Assembly (NCBI GenBank): GCA_014905635.1
Contig: JABVCE010000002.1
Location: 806,001-870,000 of the forward strand
Length of the DNA: 64,000 bases
Reading direction: 5' to 3'
DNA from: Scenedesmus sp. PABB004
Lineage: Eukaryota
The first letter of the stretch is position 1, and each line of letters opens with the position of its first letter. The notes under the pieces are model-generated. The model was not told the DNA's origin, made no database searches, and saw only the letters and a list, made by a program, of their open reading frames with translations. The translations under genes were made by a program, and so were the position numbers. Below are positions 46,826 through 58,846 of the stretch, one piece after another.

Positions 46826-47444
46826 TGGGCGTGCAGCAGGGGCTCGCGGTAGGTGGCGTGGCTGGCGCATCGGCTTGTGTGCGGCGGCTGCAGCCTGGCG
46901 CCGACAGTTTGGGCCCGGGCACCAGCGGAGAGCTCGTCACATGTGTGCTGCGTGGTGGTCGCAGAGGGACTAATCAGGGAGGGCGACGCGACGAGGCAGG
47001 CAAGAGTCAGCACCGAGCGTCGGCGGCGCGCGGCGCGCGAGAGACAGAGAGAGAGGAGCAACCAAGCAGGCAGAGAGGCGTGAGCCTCGGCTTGTGTTAA
47101 CGTGCGCGCGCGATCAGGTGCAGCTGATTGCGCGACAGCAGCGCTGCCGGCGCCGCGGCGCGCGCCGGCACCGCGGTTCTGGCACGTCGCTGCAGCGTCA
47201 TCGCACAAGCGCAACGTGAGCCCCCCACGGCTGCACCGGCATCGACCGACGCGCACCGACGCCGCCAGACAACGCAGCGCCAGGCAGCGGCGCCGACCAT
47301 CACCGCCTCCCGTGCCACTGCCGCACGCAGCCCACGCAGCCCACGCAGCGCCCCACCGCGCCCATTGGCCGAACCGTACTGCGTTGCGCGTCGACGCCGG
47401 TCGCGCGCAGCGTCAGCGCCCCGGCGGCGGCGAGCAGCGGCACG

Positions 47445-49252
47445 ATGGCGGCGCCGGCGTGCCGCCACGACTGGCACCAGACCGTCACGCGCCACGCTGA
47501 CGCTCTAAGCACGGGCGTCGGCGTGCTCGGCGCCGGCGCGTACGGGACGGCGCTGGCGATACACTGCACGCGCGCCGGGCACGCGACGCGGCTCTGGGCG
47601 CGCAGCGCCGAGGTGGCGGACGAGATCAACTCGCGCCGCACCAACAGCCGGCGCCTGCCGGGGCAGCCCTGCCCGCCCGGCCTGACCGCGAGCACCGACC
47701 TCGCGGCCGTCGTGGCGGCGAGCCAGCTGGTGCTGCTCGTCGTGCCAGCCTCGCACATCGCGTCCACCGTCCGCGCGTGCGTGCCGCACCTGCAGCCCGA
47801 CGCCGCGCTCGTGTGCTGCGCCAAGGGTGAGCGCGGGCCCCCGAGGTTGTGAGGGGGGCGCACGTGCCGTGCACGCACGTCCGCCACCGCCGCGCCGCCA
47901 GCGGCCTCCCAGCGCCGCGCCGCGCCGCGCGCGCAGGCATCACTCCCGACTCGCTGCAGACGATGGACGAGGTACTCGACAGCTGCGTGCCGCCGGCGCA
48001 GCGGCGCCAGCTCGCCTTTCTGAGCGGGCCCTCGTTCGCGGCCGAGGTCGCGGAGGGCAAGCCCACGGGCCTGACGATCGCCGCGCGCGACGAGGGCGTC
48101 GCGCGGCGCGTGCAGCACTGGCTCTCCGCCGGCAACCTGCGCTGCTACCGCACGACCGACGTCGTGGTGCGCCCCGGCGCGGCGCCCCGGCGCAGCGCCC
48201 CGCCGCGGCCTGCCAGGCCGCGCGCCCGCTGCGGCCTGCCAGGCCGCGCGCCCGCGCGCGCGCGCCCATGCCCGCCGCGCCGCGCCGCGGCGGCGCCGCC
48301 CTCGTGTCAGGGCCTGGAGCTGGGCGGGGCGCTGAAAAACGTGATCGCCATCGGCTGCGGCATGTGCGACGGCAAGGGCTACGGCGCCAACGGCCGCGCC
48401 ATGATCATCACGCGCGGCCTGCACGAGATGACGCGCCTCGCCGCAGCCAAGGGCGCGCACCCGCTCACGCTCAGTGGCCTCGGGGGCATCGGCGACCTAG
48501 TGCTCACGTGCGCGCGTCGCCGCGCTGGCGCTGGCGGCGCGCTGGCGCTGCGCGCCGCGCGTTGCGCAGCTGACGCCGCCGCGCTGCCGCTCGCGCCGCC
48601 CCTGGCGCGCAGGTGCACGGGCGAGGCGAGCAGGAACCGGTGCGCGCGCCGGCCGGGCGCGCGCCAGCCGCGCGCCAGCCGCGCGCTCGCCACGCCTCCG
48701 CCCCGACGCGCCCTGACGCACGCACGCCCGTGCGCCCCTTGTCCCGCCCGCGCGGCGCGGCGCAGGACGCTGGGCTACCGCCTGGGGTGCGGCGAGGCGA
48801 TGGAGGCGGTCGTGGAGAGCATGCACGGCGCGGTCGCGGAGGGCGTGCCCACCGCGCGCGCTGCCAAGCTGCTCGCGGACAAGCTGGGCGTGAGGTGCCC
48901 CATCATTCAGGGCCTGTACCGCATCCTCTTTGGTGAGCACCACCACCCGCCGCCGCCGCCGGGGGCTCTGCCGGGTGCTCCACAGCGTGGCGCAGCCGTT
49001 CACAGCGCGGGCAGCGGCGCGCGAGCGCGGCGCCGCTCGGCGGCCGGCCGACGCCCGACGCCCCGCGCCGCCGCCGCGGGCCGCGCAGAGGGCGCCGACA
49101 TCGACGAGACGGTCACGCACCTTCTTTGCCTGCCGCTCACGGCGGAGCTGGACGCGGCGCAGCTGAGCTTTGAGCCCGCCGAGGACGGCGCGCCCGTGGG
49201 GCCGGAGGACGAGGCGGCGCGGCGGCAGCCCGCGCTCGCGGGCGCGCCGTGA
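47445..49252 (+). CDS. gpsA: NAD(P)-dependent glycerol-3-phosphate dehydrogenase, GpsA type; about 6 exons
   Basis: [65 protein letters not shown]. Confidence 0.93.
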
Positions 49253-49836
49253 GGCGAGCGGCGGCTGCGCTGTGGCGGCGGCGGCGGCGCGCGCCGACGG
49301 TGTGTGACACACACAGGGGGCCGATTGGTGGCGCAGCGTGGGTTCCTCTCGTTCACCGCAAAACAATGAATCAATCAGCGCGTGCGTCGCAGCACGTCGC
49401 GCGACCTAGCGAGGCGCCGTCGCGGCGCCAAAAGAATCGCGGCAGCTTGCACCCTCCCCCTCCCCCCCCCCTGCACGTGCACGTGCCCACGAAATGCGCG
49501 CGGCGCGCTGGCAGCCGCATCAAAACCGGTCGGTCGCCGCCGCACGCCCGTGCCCACGCCCCACCGGGGCCCGGCCGCACACGCGCGCGCTCGGGTGGGC
49601 GCACACGCGCCCCTCGCGCACACAGCACACACCCTGCACTGGCCCTGCGCCATGCGCACTCAAAGCAAGAGAATGATGGTGATGCGTTTGCTCGCCATAC
49701 ACGCGGCCGTCGATGGACGGCCGCCGTCCCCGCCGCCCGCGCGGCGGCGGTCAAAAACAGTCGGTCTTTGTCGCGCGCAGGGGCGCCGCCGTCAGAGCAG
49801 TGTCACGTCAGCCTGCAGCGTTCGGAAGTGCCGCGC

Positions 49837-50927
49837 TCAGCGCGTCGCGCCCTTGGTGGTGGCGCGCTTGGTGGCGAGGTCGCTGTTGAGCTCCTTGATC
49901 GCGCCCAGCGCGCTCCAGCTGCGCTCAGACTCCTTGCGCTCCATGTGCGACATCGCCACGGCGTTCATCGCCTGCGCAGCGGTTGGCGCGGTCGGCGCGT
50001 GGGGCGGGGGCGGCACGCGCACGACGGGCGGGGCGGCGGCCCGGGCGTGCGCGGCGCCGCGGCGCGCGTGCGGCGCGCGCACCTGCGCGAGCACCACGGG
50101 GCCGTCCGTGCGCCCGACGAGCGCGGCGGAGTTGACCGACTCCATGGTGGTGGCCCAGGACTGGCCCGGCCGCGCGCGACGCAGCACGGGCTGGCGCGAG
50201 GTGAGGTAGTCGCCCGAGATGGCGGTGCCGCGCCCGCCGCGGTTGACGCCGAACGAGTCGGAGGAGGAGGTGGAGGTCGCGCCCTCGTACGTCTGCGCGG
50301 TGCGCGTGCGTGCGCGCGGCGCGCGTGAGCGGGGCGCCGGCGGCGGGCGGGCGGCGGCGGCGCGCGCAGGCGCGGCGGCGTGCCGCCGCCCCGGGGCGCG
50401 CACCTGCGCGTGCGAGACGCCGCCGATGACGACGGCGGGCATGTTGGGCGCGCCGTTGGAGCGGTTGGGCCCGCGCGGCGCGTAGGTGTCCTGCGCCGAG
50501 CGCACGCGGGTCTGGACGGCCATGTTGCGGTTGTCGGTGACGTCGTTGTCGACGGCGTTGGCGGTCGCGTAGCTGCGGCGCGCGGGCGGCGCGTAGAGGC
50601 GGTGCGTGCCGGGGGCCTGGCTGTTGCTCGTCGACTCGGCGGCGTAGTCGGTGATGGCCGAGCGCGACGTGGGGTTGCCCTTGGAGGGCGTCTTGTTGGC
50701 CATGCGCGCCTGGAGGTAGCCGTCGTCCTGGCGCAGGCGGCGCGCCTCGGCGCCTGCGTGCGGCGGCGGAACCGGGCGCGGCGGGCGCGGTCGGGCGGCT
50801 GCCGCGCGGTGCGGTGCGGCGCGGCGCGGCGCGGCGCAGGGCGCGGCGCGCAGGGCTTCTCAGCACTGGCCCCACCTGCCAGCGCGAGCGCGGCCAGCAG
50901 CAGAGCCGCGAGGGCGGGGCGGAACAT
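49837..50927 (-). CDS. Secreted Ser/Thr/Asn/Arg-rich hypothetical protein; about 4 exons
   Basis: Signal peptide MFRPALAALLLAALALAGGASA. Exons have strong coding bias and join at GT-AG sites. No domain recognised. Confidence 0.7.
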
Positions 50928-51665
50928 GGTTGGACCTGGCGTTGACCGGCCTGCCGCGGCGTTGAGGCGCGTCGACGGCTCCTGGCGTGGCCAAAGGGCG
51001 GCGGAACGCGCGCGTGAGCAGCGCCTCAGGCACGCGGGCAACACGCGCGCGCGGGTCGGGTTGGCTGCGGCGCGCCAGGGCGCCGCGCGGCGCCTGCGCT
51101 GCGACGTCGAGCGCACTGAGCGCTTTGCGCTGCGCTGAGCGGCCGCGCGGGTTTGGGTGGGTCGCGGCCGCTGCGCGGGGCGCGGCAGAAATCCTGCGCA
51201 CCTCTGGGGCTCGCTGAGCGGCGCAGACAGCCACGCAGGGTGCGCAAACGTGTTGTAGCGAGACAAAGAGGCTGTCTATGCTGCTTGCGCGGCCTCGCGG
51301 CGGCCCTTTATGCGCCCGTGGGGTCGCGTTTCGGGTCGGAGCATTCCACGCTTGCGTCTACGGGCGTTGGAGAGACGCCCCAACGCCGCGTCCAGGGGAG
51401 GCCGAGCTCACCCAAAACGCGACACGTGGCAGCGCCAGGTCGCGCGTGCGCCCGGCGCGGCGGCAGCCGCGTTCGAGCGCTGAGCGCGAGCCCGCCGCCG
51501 CCGTTCGAGCGCTGCGCGCGAGCCCGCCGCCGCCGCGCGAGCACCGCAGCACCCGCTGCCCGGTGTCGGTCGCCGGCTCGGTCCTTGCTCTCCACGAGTC
51601 GGTGCCCGCGTCCGCGGCGCGCTGGGGGCGGTGTGGCGCGCGCGGGGCAGGCTGCGGCGCGGGTG

Positions 51666-51723
51666 GACTCGAGTCGATCGACCGAGCTCGCGAGCTCGGT
51701 ACCGAGCGGTGACCGGTCACCGC
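51666..51723. repeat. Chain of five overlapping perfect palindromes (10, 10, 20, 14 and 18 bp)
   Basis: GACTCGAGTC, GTCGATCGAC, ACCGAGCTCGCGAGCTCGGT, GCTCGGTACCGAGC, GCGGTGACCGGTCACCGC. Confidence 0.9.
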
Positions 51724-52020
51724 GGCCCGCACCGCACGGCTGGGTCTTTCGCGAGCGTCGGCGCGGCGCTAGCGTTCGTCACATGTGTGGGCAACGCCGC
51801 TCGCACGCGCGAGCGGCGACAGTGACTGATGCCCGCTGCCCCGCCGGGGGCGCCGCGCGCTGGCACCGGCGCGCGCCTCGGCCGCACACAACCACGGCTA
51901 GCTGCAAACAATGCGCACCGCGGCGCGACACACCCCGGCCCCGCCCCGCCGCGCCCGCGCGGCGGCGCCGCGCAGCTCCTGGCCCGCGCGCGCTCCCCAG
52001 CTGCGCCGCCGTCGCCGCGC

Positions 52021-55000
52021 TCACATGAACAGGTTTGGGCTGGCCGCGCCGACGCCGACGCTCTGCGCGACCTCGGGCGCCATCGGCACGAGCACGAGCA
52101 CCGCGGTCAGCACCGCGACCGCGGTCGCGGTCTGCTTTGCGCCCGCGACGGGCGAGACGCTGTCCTGGATGTACTTCTCGGCGCTGCGCTGGCAGATGAG
52201 GACGTACAGCCCAAACGGCAGGCTCAGGCTGCTCCCCAGCAGGCCGAGGCCGAGGCCGCAGTACGTGAAGAAGGCAGAGAGCGAGAGCGCCTGCAGCCCA
52301 AACGCGCTCTGCACCATGCGCCCGCCGTCGAGGCAGCCCACGGGCAGCAGGTTGAGCGCGTTGGTGATGAGCCCGCACCACCCCGCGATGACGAGCGGGC
52401 TGATCAGCACGTCCGCGCGCGCCATCGCCTCGGGGCCGAGCGCGAGCCGCGTGACGCTGCCGAGCAGCAGGCTGCCCTGGAAGAGCTGCGTCGGCACCGG
52501 GACCAGCAGCTCCTGCGCGCGCGCGCGCGCGCGCGCGTGCGGGCCGGGCGGCGGCGACGGCGCGCGTCGGGCGGCGGCGGGCGCGCGGCCGCGCGCGGGG
52601 CGGGCGCCGCGCGGCGCGCCGCGCGCGGGCGGGCGGCCGCGCGCCTGCGGGAGGCCGCCGTCGTGGCTCTGGCTGAGCCCGATCGCCAGCAGCGCCGCGC
52701 TCGCCGCGACGCCCGCGAGCGGCCCCGCCGCGGCGACGTCCCAGAGCTGGCTGCGGTCCTTGAGCAGGCTGTTGAGGGGCGTGATGCCGCCGAAGCTGCC
52801 GATCTGCAGGTTGGGCACGAAGAACGTGGGCCCCAGCTTCACGCCGCGCAGCGCGGCCGCGATGCGGTGCCCCAGCTCGTGCACAAAATTGACGCCGACG
52901 ACCGACAGCGCGATGGGCACCGCGCTCGCGAGGTAGGGCGCGGGGTCCCAGCCCGCCAGCCCCGGCGGCAGCGCGTCGCCCGCGGCGTTGAGGTTGTCGG
53001 GATTGGCAAAGTACTCGAGCGTCTCCTGCGCGGCGCCCGCGCGGCGTGGGTGGTTGGCGTGTGGGCGGCGTGTGCGGGTGGTCGCGAGCGCGGGCGCGGG
53101 CGGGTGCAGGCGGGCCCTGCCCGCGGCCGCGCGGCGGCGGCGGCAGCGGCGGGTGGTCGCGCCTTGGGCAGCTTTGTGATGTTGGCCACGAGCGACAGCT
53201 GCACGCTGCTCGCCACGAGCAGCAGCAGCAGGATGCCCGCGACGGTGACCTTCCAGCCGTTGGTCTGCGGCGGCGTCACGTCCGACGCGAGCACGACCTG
53301 CGCCGACAGCACGGCGGCCGCCGCGGGCGCGCGTCGGCGGCGGCGGCCGCGGCGATGCCGCGCGCGGCGGCGGCGGTCCCAGGATGGCGGCGGCGGGCGC
53401 AGCGCTCGCCACGCAGCGGCGCGCGCGCCTGGAACGCCACGCGCGGCTCCTGCACTGCCTTGCCGCCCGCCGCGGCGCTGCTGCTCGGGCGCGGCGGCGG
53501 CGCGTCGCCCTCGGCCTGGGCCTCCGGGTCCTCAATCATCAGCACCTGCACCCGCGCCAAGGGCGCGGCGGGAGGGCGCGCTCGGCACGCGCGCCGGCTG
53601 CTCCGCCGCGGCCGCGCTGAGCGTGGCCGCGCGCAGCGCCGAGCGCGGGGGCCCCGGCGCGGCGCGCACCTCGTACTTGCCACCAAACAGCTCCTTCACC
53701 TTGTCGCACACGGCACGGAACACGGTCAGCCGGTCGGTGCGCAGGTTGCCGCGCACGAGCACGCCAGACTGTGCACGGCGGCGGCGGCGGCGCCGAGCGT
53801 GAGCGACGGCGGCGGCGCGCGAGCGGCGGGCGCGGCGGCGCCGGCGGGGTGGCGGGGACGCACCCCCGCGTTGGCGTTGCCGCCCTCCTCCAGGTTGCGG
53901 ATCTCGGTGACCCAGAAGGTGAGCGGCCCAAACACGCCCGACTCCTTGAGCCGCTTGATGTCAGCCTTGTCCATGCTGTTGTCGCCTGGCGGGCGGGGAG
54001 GGGCGGGCGCGGGCGCGGGCGTGGTGGGTGCGCGGCGGGCACGCACACGCCCGCCTGCTGCGCCCGCTGCGCCTGCTGCGCCTCCTGCTGCGCCCGCTGC
54101 GCCTCCTGCTGCGCCCGCTGCGCCTCCTGCTGCGCCCGCTGCGCCCGCTGCTGCGCCTGCTGGCCGCGCCCCAGGCCGCACCGGTGAAGAAGATGTTGAG
54201 CAGCTGCTCAAACTCCTGCTGCAGCGCCGCCTTCTGGTCCACCTTGTCGGCGCCCTCCTCCTCAGTCATCTGCTTCGCGCGCTCCACGATCTTGCGCTGC
54301 GGCCGCGGCGCGTGGCGCGCGGCGTGAGCGGCGCGGCGGCCGCGCACGCGGCGGCCGCGCTGCTGGCCGCGGCGCGTGGCCAAGAGGCCGCACACCATCT
54401 GGTCGGTCATGTCCCGCTCGATCTCCGACGTGGCCTTGGGGTCGGCCTTGCTGCCCGCGAGCTTCTGCACCTCCGCCGTGACCGCCGACTGCAGCAGCTC
54501 CATGTTGGCCGCGTCGCTGCTCAAGCTCGCCGCCTGCGCGCGCGCCGCGGCGGCGCAGCAGAGCAGCGGGCGGCGCTCGGCAGCGGCGCGCGCGCGGCGC
54601 GCTGGCCGGCGGTGCGTCGGCGCCCGGGATCCCGGCGTGCCGGCGGCCTCGCGCCGCCTGGGCGGCCCGCCGGGCGCCCAGGTGCCCGCGTGCGGGCGGT
54701 GGGCGCGCCTTTGCATCGGCCTCTGCCGGCTCCTCCTGGATGCCCAGCAGCGCGTCCAGGTCGGCCAGCGTGTTGCGCAGGCGCTCCTCGGGCACGGCGC
54801 CGGGCAATGCGCTGCCGGGCGAGGCGTCGCCGGGCGCGGTGGCGCTGGGCGCCGGGCTGCTGCTGCCGTCCACGCCCGTCGCGCGGCAGGCGCTCCCCGC
54901 GCGCCGCGCCACGGCGCAGGGCGCGGGACGTGCCAGTGCCAGGCCATAGCCGCGCCCGATCGCGACGGCGCGGCCGCACGGCGCGGCCTGCTGCCGGGCC

Positions 55001-55059
55001 AGGCGCGCGCGGCCTGCTGGCCACGCACGCTGCCCGGGCAGGGCTGCCAGGCGCTGCAT
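52021..55059 (-). CDS. Chloroplast M50/S2P intramembrane zinc metalloprotease, EGY family; multi-exon
   Basis: VRGNLR, VHELGH (HEXXH), FFVPNLQIGSFGGIT, DVAAAGPLAG, NALNLLPVGCLDGGR. Transit-like N-terminus. Confidence 0.9.
54050..54160. repeat. Intronic 21-bp minisatellite (CCTCCTGCTGCGCCCGCTGCG-like), about 5 copies
   Basis: Visible directly in an EGY intron. Confidence 0.8.
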
Positions 55060-55736
55060 GGGCGCTGCGCGAGCAAGGCCGGCGCTGCGGCGCCGCCCAG
55101 GCGCCGGCGGCGGGCTGCGCGGGGCGCGAGCTGCGGGCGGCGCGCTGCTGTCCTCGAGCTGCTGTCGTCGCCGGCGCCGCATGCAGCGGTGGCGGGCGCG
55201 GGGGTGGGCGTCTGGGGGTGGAGGCTGGTGGGCGGTCGGCACAGCATGCGGCGGCCGACCACAGGCGGCGGTGCGGGTATGACGAGGCGCGCCGCCCCGT
55301 CAGTCGTTGCGGGGCGCGCGCCGGCCGCTGGCGTGCTGACGTGTGGGTGACTGCAGGCGGTCGGAATTTTCCGCGGAGCCGCTGCCGCCGCCGCCGCTGC
55401 CGCCGTCGCTGCCAGCACCAGCGTGTCTGCGCCGCGCGCGCGGCCTGCCTGCCTGCAAGGTCAGCCCCGTCAGAAGCTCTGCAGCGCTGTGCAGCTCGCC
55501 CTGCGGTGCGCGCGGGCCCGGGCGGCGGTCAAGGGCCTGGCTGGAGCTGGAGCGCCAAAACTGCAGTAGGCCGCCGGAGTTACTCGCCCCGCCCCGTGCG
55601 TGTGGCGCGTGTATCGGCCCCGCGCTCGTCGTCTCAGCCAGCCGCGAGCGGCCCTGTGCGCCGGGGAGCCTCCCCGGCAGCGCCAGCGCGCGCGCGCTTC
55701 GCGCCTCCTTCCCCGCCGGCCGCGCGGCCGGCGGTC

Positions 55737-58259
55737 ATGGGGCACCCGTCAGAGGCACAGCAGGAGGAGGAGGTGGTGAGGGTGGTGGCGGAGGATGACG
55801 AACGGCTCAAGATGCTGGGGTACACGCCCGTGCTGCGGCGCGCGTGGAGCGGCTTCTCCACGCTCTGCATCGTGCTGTCCAGCATGAGCGTGCTCACCAG
55901 CATCATCGGTGAGCACACAGGCGCCCCCCGCCGCCAGCCGGGGCCTGCCGGCGCCCCGGCCGCCGACCGCCGCCGGCCGCCGCCGCTGCCGGCACCGCTG
56001 CAGCGTCGTTTGACGTCGCGCTCGTCTACGGCGGCCCCGCCGTGGCGGTCTGGGGCTGGGTGGGCGTCTCGGCGTGCGTCTTCTGCGTCGCGCTGAGCAT
56101 GGCGGAGCTGAGCAGCGCCTACCCAACCAGCGCTGGCATGCTCTACTGGTGCGCGCCGCGCCAGCGCGGGCTGCCGCGACGCCCCAGCCCTGCATCGCAG
56201 GGGCGCCGGCGCAGACGCGCGAGCGGCGGCGGCTCACCGCCGCGCGGCGCCACAGGTGCTTCCGCCTGGTCGAGCCAAGGTGGGCGCACTTCACGTCGTG
56301 GATGGCGGGCTGGCTGAACGTGGTCGCCCAGGTCAGCGGCAACAGCGCGCAGTGCGCGCTGCAGGCCGACCTGACCATCACGCTCGTCAGCATGGTCGCC
56401 GCATACCAGGGCAGGCCGGCACCCACGTTCTCGCCCGGTGCGCGCCCACCCCCGCGGGCGCCGCGGGCGCCGCCGCCGCAGCCGCCGCGGGCGCGCGCGG
56501 GAGCGCCGCGGGAGGCTGGGCCGGGCGCCGACCCGCCCCGCCCTGCCCGGGGCGCGCGCGCAGGCGAGACGTACGGCATCTTTGCGGCCTGGGTGCTCGC
56601 CGCCTCCGTCGCCAACTCCCTGGGCGACACGATCAACATCAAGCTCAACCAGGTGCGCCCCCCCCCCCCCCCCCCCGCGCCTCGCCGCGCAGCGCCACGC
56701 CGCGCCGCCACACAGCCGCCGCACAGCCGCGCCGCCGCCGCGGCCGGGCTGCTGACCTGGCCTGCCCCGCGCCGCCGCAGCTGGGCGGCATGCTCAACGT
56801 GTGGGGCGCGGTGGCGCTCATGGTCATTATACCCGCCGTCGCCACGCGCCACCAGCCCGCGGGCTACGTGTTTGGCCACTTTGAGCGCGCGCAGGCGGCC
56901 GCCGAGGGCATCACCAACCCGATGTGAGCTGCGGGCCGGCGCGGGGCTGGCCGCAGCCGCCGCCGCCGCCGCTGCCCGCTGAGCCCGACGCCGACGCGCC
57001 CCCGCAGCTACATCGCGGCGCTCGGCCTGCTGCTGCCGGCGTGGGCGTACACCGGGCTAGACAGTGCACAGTACATGGCGGAGGAGACGTTCGCCGCGAC
57101 GCACGCGCAGCCGCGCGCCATCCTGCTCGGCGCGGCCTCCATGTTTGCGCTTGGCCTCGCCCTCGTCGTCTCGCTGCTCTTCAGCATGCCGGTGCGCGGC
57201 GCGGGCGCTGCACGCGCCCGCGCGCCGCGCGAGCGCGCGCGCTGCCGCGCCGCCCACGCGCCGCCGCGCCGCAGAGCCTCGCGGCCGTCGTGGACGAGGG
57301 CTCTGTGTCGGGCGGCTACGCTCTGGCCCAGATCCTGTACGACGTCTTTGCCGCGCGCACGGGCAGCCCGCTGGGCGGCATCCTGCTCTTTGCCGCGCTG
57401 CCCTTTGCCGGCGTGTTCCTGTGCTCCATGTCCAGCATGACCTACACCGCGCGGTGCGGCACACAGCCCAGCCCGGGCCGCCAGCGGCCCCGGCGGGGCG
57501 CGCCGCGCGGCGCGCGCGGCGCGCGAGGCCGCCGGCGTGCCGCGCCGCCCCCGCCCACGGCACGCCGCCCGCTGCCCACGGCACGCCGCCCGCCGCCTGC
57601 CGCGCCGCAGCATCTGCTTTGCGTACGGCCGGGACCGGCTGCTGCCGTTTGGGGGCTGGTGGGGCGCGTTCAACTACCGCACGCGCACGCCGCAAAACGC
57701 GGTCTGGGGCGTGACGGCGCTGAGCCTGTCGCTGGGGCTGCCCATGCTGGGCAGCAGCGTCGCGTTTGAGAGCCTGCTGAGCCTGTCGACCACCGCGCTC
57801 TTCCTGCTCTACGCCGGCCCCGCGACGCTGCGCATCACGGTCGGGCGGCGGCGCTTCCGGCCCGGCGCGTTCTCGCTGGGCCGCTGGGCGTACGCGTGCG
57901 GTGCGGCCGCGACGGCGTGGTGGGCGTTCAGCCTCGTCGTGTTCAGCCTCCCCACGGTGCTGCCGGTGAGCGCGGGCAGCTTCAACTACGCGCCCCTCAC
58001 GCTCGTGGGCACGCTCGGCCTCGCGGCGGCGTGGTACGCGCTGCCGTGCATCGGCGGCGCCGCGCGCTACGCGGGGCCCGCGTTCGACGTCGCCGCGTTT
58101 GAGGACGCGCTCGCGCACGGCGCGAGCGGCGAGGCCGCCGAGGCGGCGGCGGCCGCCGCCGGCGCGGCCACGCTCTGCGGCGGCGGCGGCGGCGGCGACG
58201 ACAAGCAGAAGGGCGCGGGGGCGGGGCCGGCGCGAGTGGCGCTGGTGGCCAGCGCGTGA
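55737..58259 (+). CDS. APC-superfamily amino-acid/GABA permease (BAT1/GABP-like); multi-exon
   Basis: LKMLGYTPVLRR, YGGPAVAVWGW, MAELSSAYPTSAGMLYW, SWMAGW, YTGLDSAQYMAEET, FAYGRDRLLPF, RTPQNAVW, FRPGAFSLGR, FNYA. Confidence 0.92.
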
Positions 58260-58573
58260 TCAGCGCAGGCACTGCACCAGGGCAGCACTGCACTGCTTGG
58301 GGTTGGGGTTGACCCCTGATTCGCTTGCTTGCTTCTCGGGGGCGCGCGCGCCGCGCGCAGCGCATGACCGTCCCGGCGGCCCCCCTGCACATATTGCTGC
58401 TGACGCGCAGCCCACCCGCGCTGGCCAGCCATGGCAGCCTTGCATCTATGGCCCCTGAGCAAGGGGGTGAGCTGTCGCACGACGCTGCTCGGACCGCGGA
58501 GCGTGGGCGGTAGGCGTGCCGCCGCGCAGGCGTGGGCGCCCGCGCGCCCATGGGCGTGGGCGTCCGCGCTGGG

Positions 58574-58578
58574 TTACA
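58574..58578 (-). promoter_or_regulatory. Candidate polyadenylation signal TGTAA for the GNAT gene
   Basis: TTACA on the + strand, ~190 nt past the GNAT stop. Confidence 0.4.
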
Positions 58579-58765
58579 CTCGCCGGGCCATCGCGGCGGC
58601 GACGCAGGCCTGGCGCGCGCCCGTCCGCCACACTTCGGGGGTTCACGCGCTGGTTGGTCACGCCGCGCCGCCGTTTTCATGCGCTTGCGGCGCCGTCACA
58701 CAAAACTGGTCGCAGTGCTTTGCCTGCCAGCGCGCCTGCCAGCCCCTCCCCCCTGCTGCTCATCG

Positions 58766-58813
58766 TCAGCTCGGCCCACCAGTGCTGCTGCTGCCACCGC
58801 CGCCGCCGTCGCC

Positions 58814-58846
<33 letters not shown>

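Noticed and set aside
24958..49252. Lipid-metabolism gene cluster (enoyl reductase, ERD7, carrier, ABC1K, G3PDH)
   Set aside because: The genes are interspersed with unrelated ones and predicted for different compartments, with no shared motif seen. Chance proximity is sufficient.
124..49252. Bacterial contamination suggested by cmk and gpsA
   Set aside because: Both genes contain spliceosomal introns of the same style as their neighbours.
51363..51387. Hairpin GGCGTTGG...CCAACGCC as a terminator or ncRNA
   Set aside because: An 8-bp stem is expected by chance at this GC content, and there is no other support.
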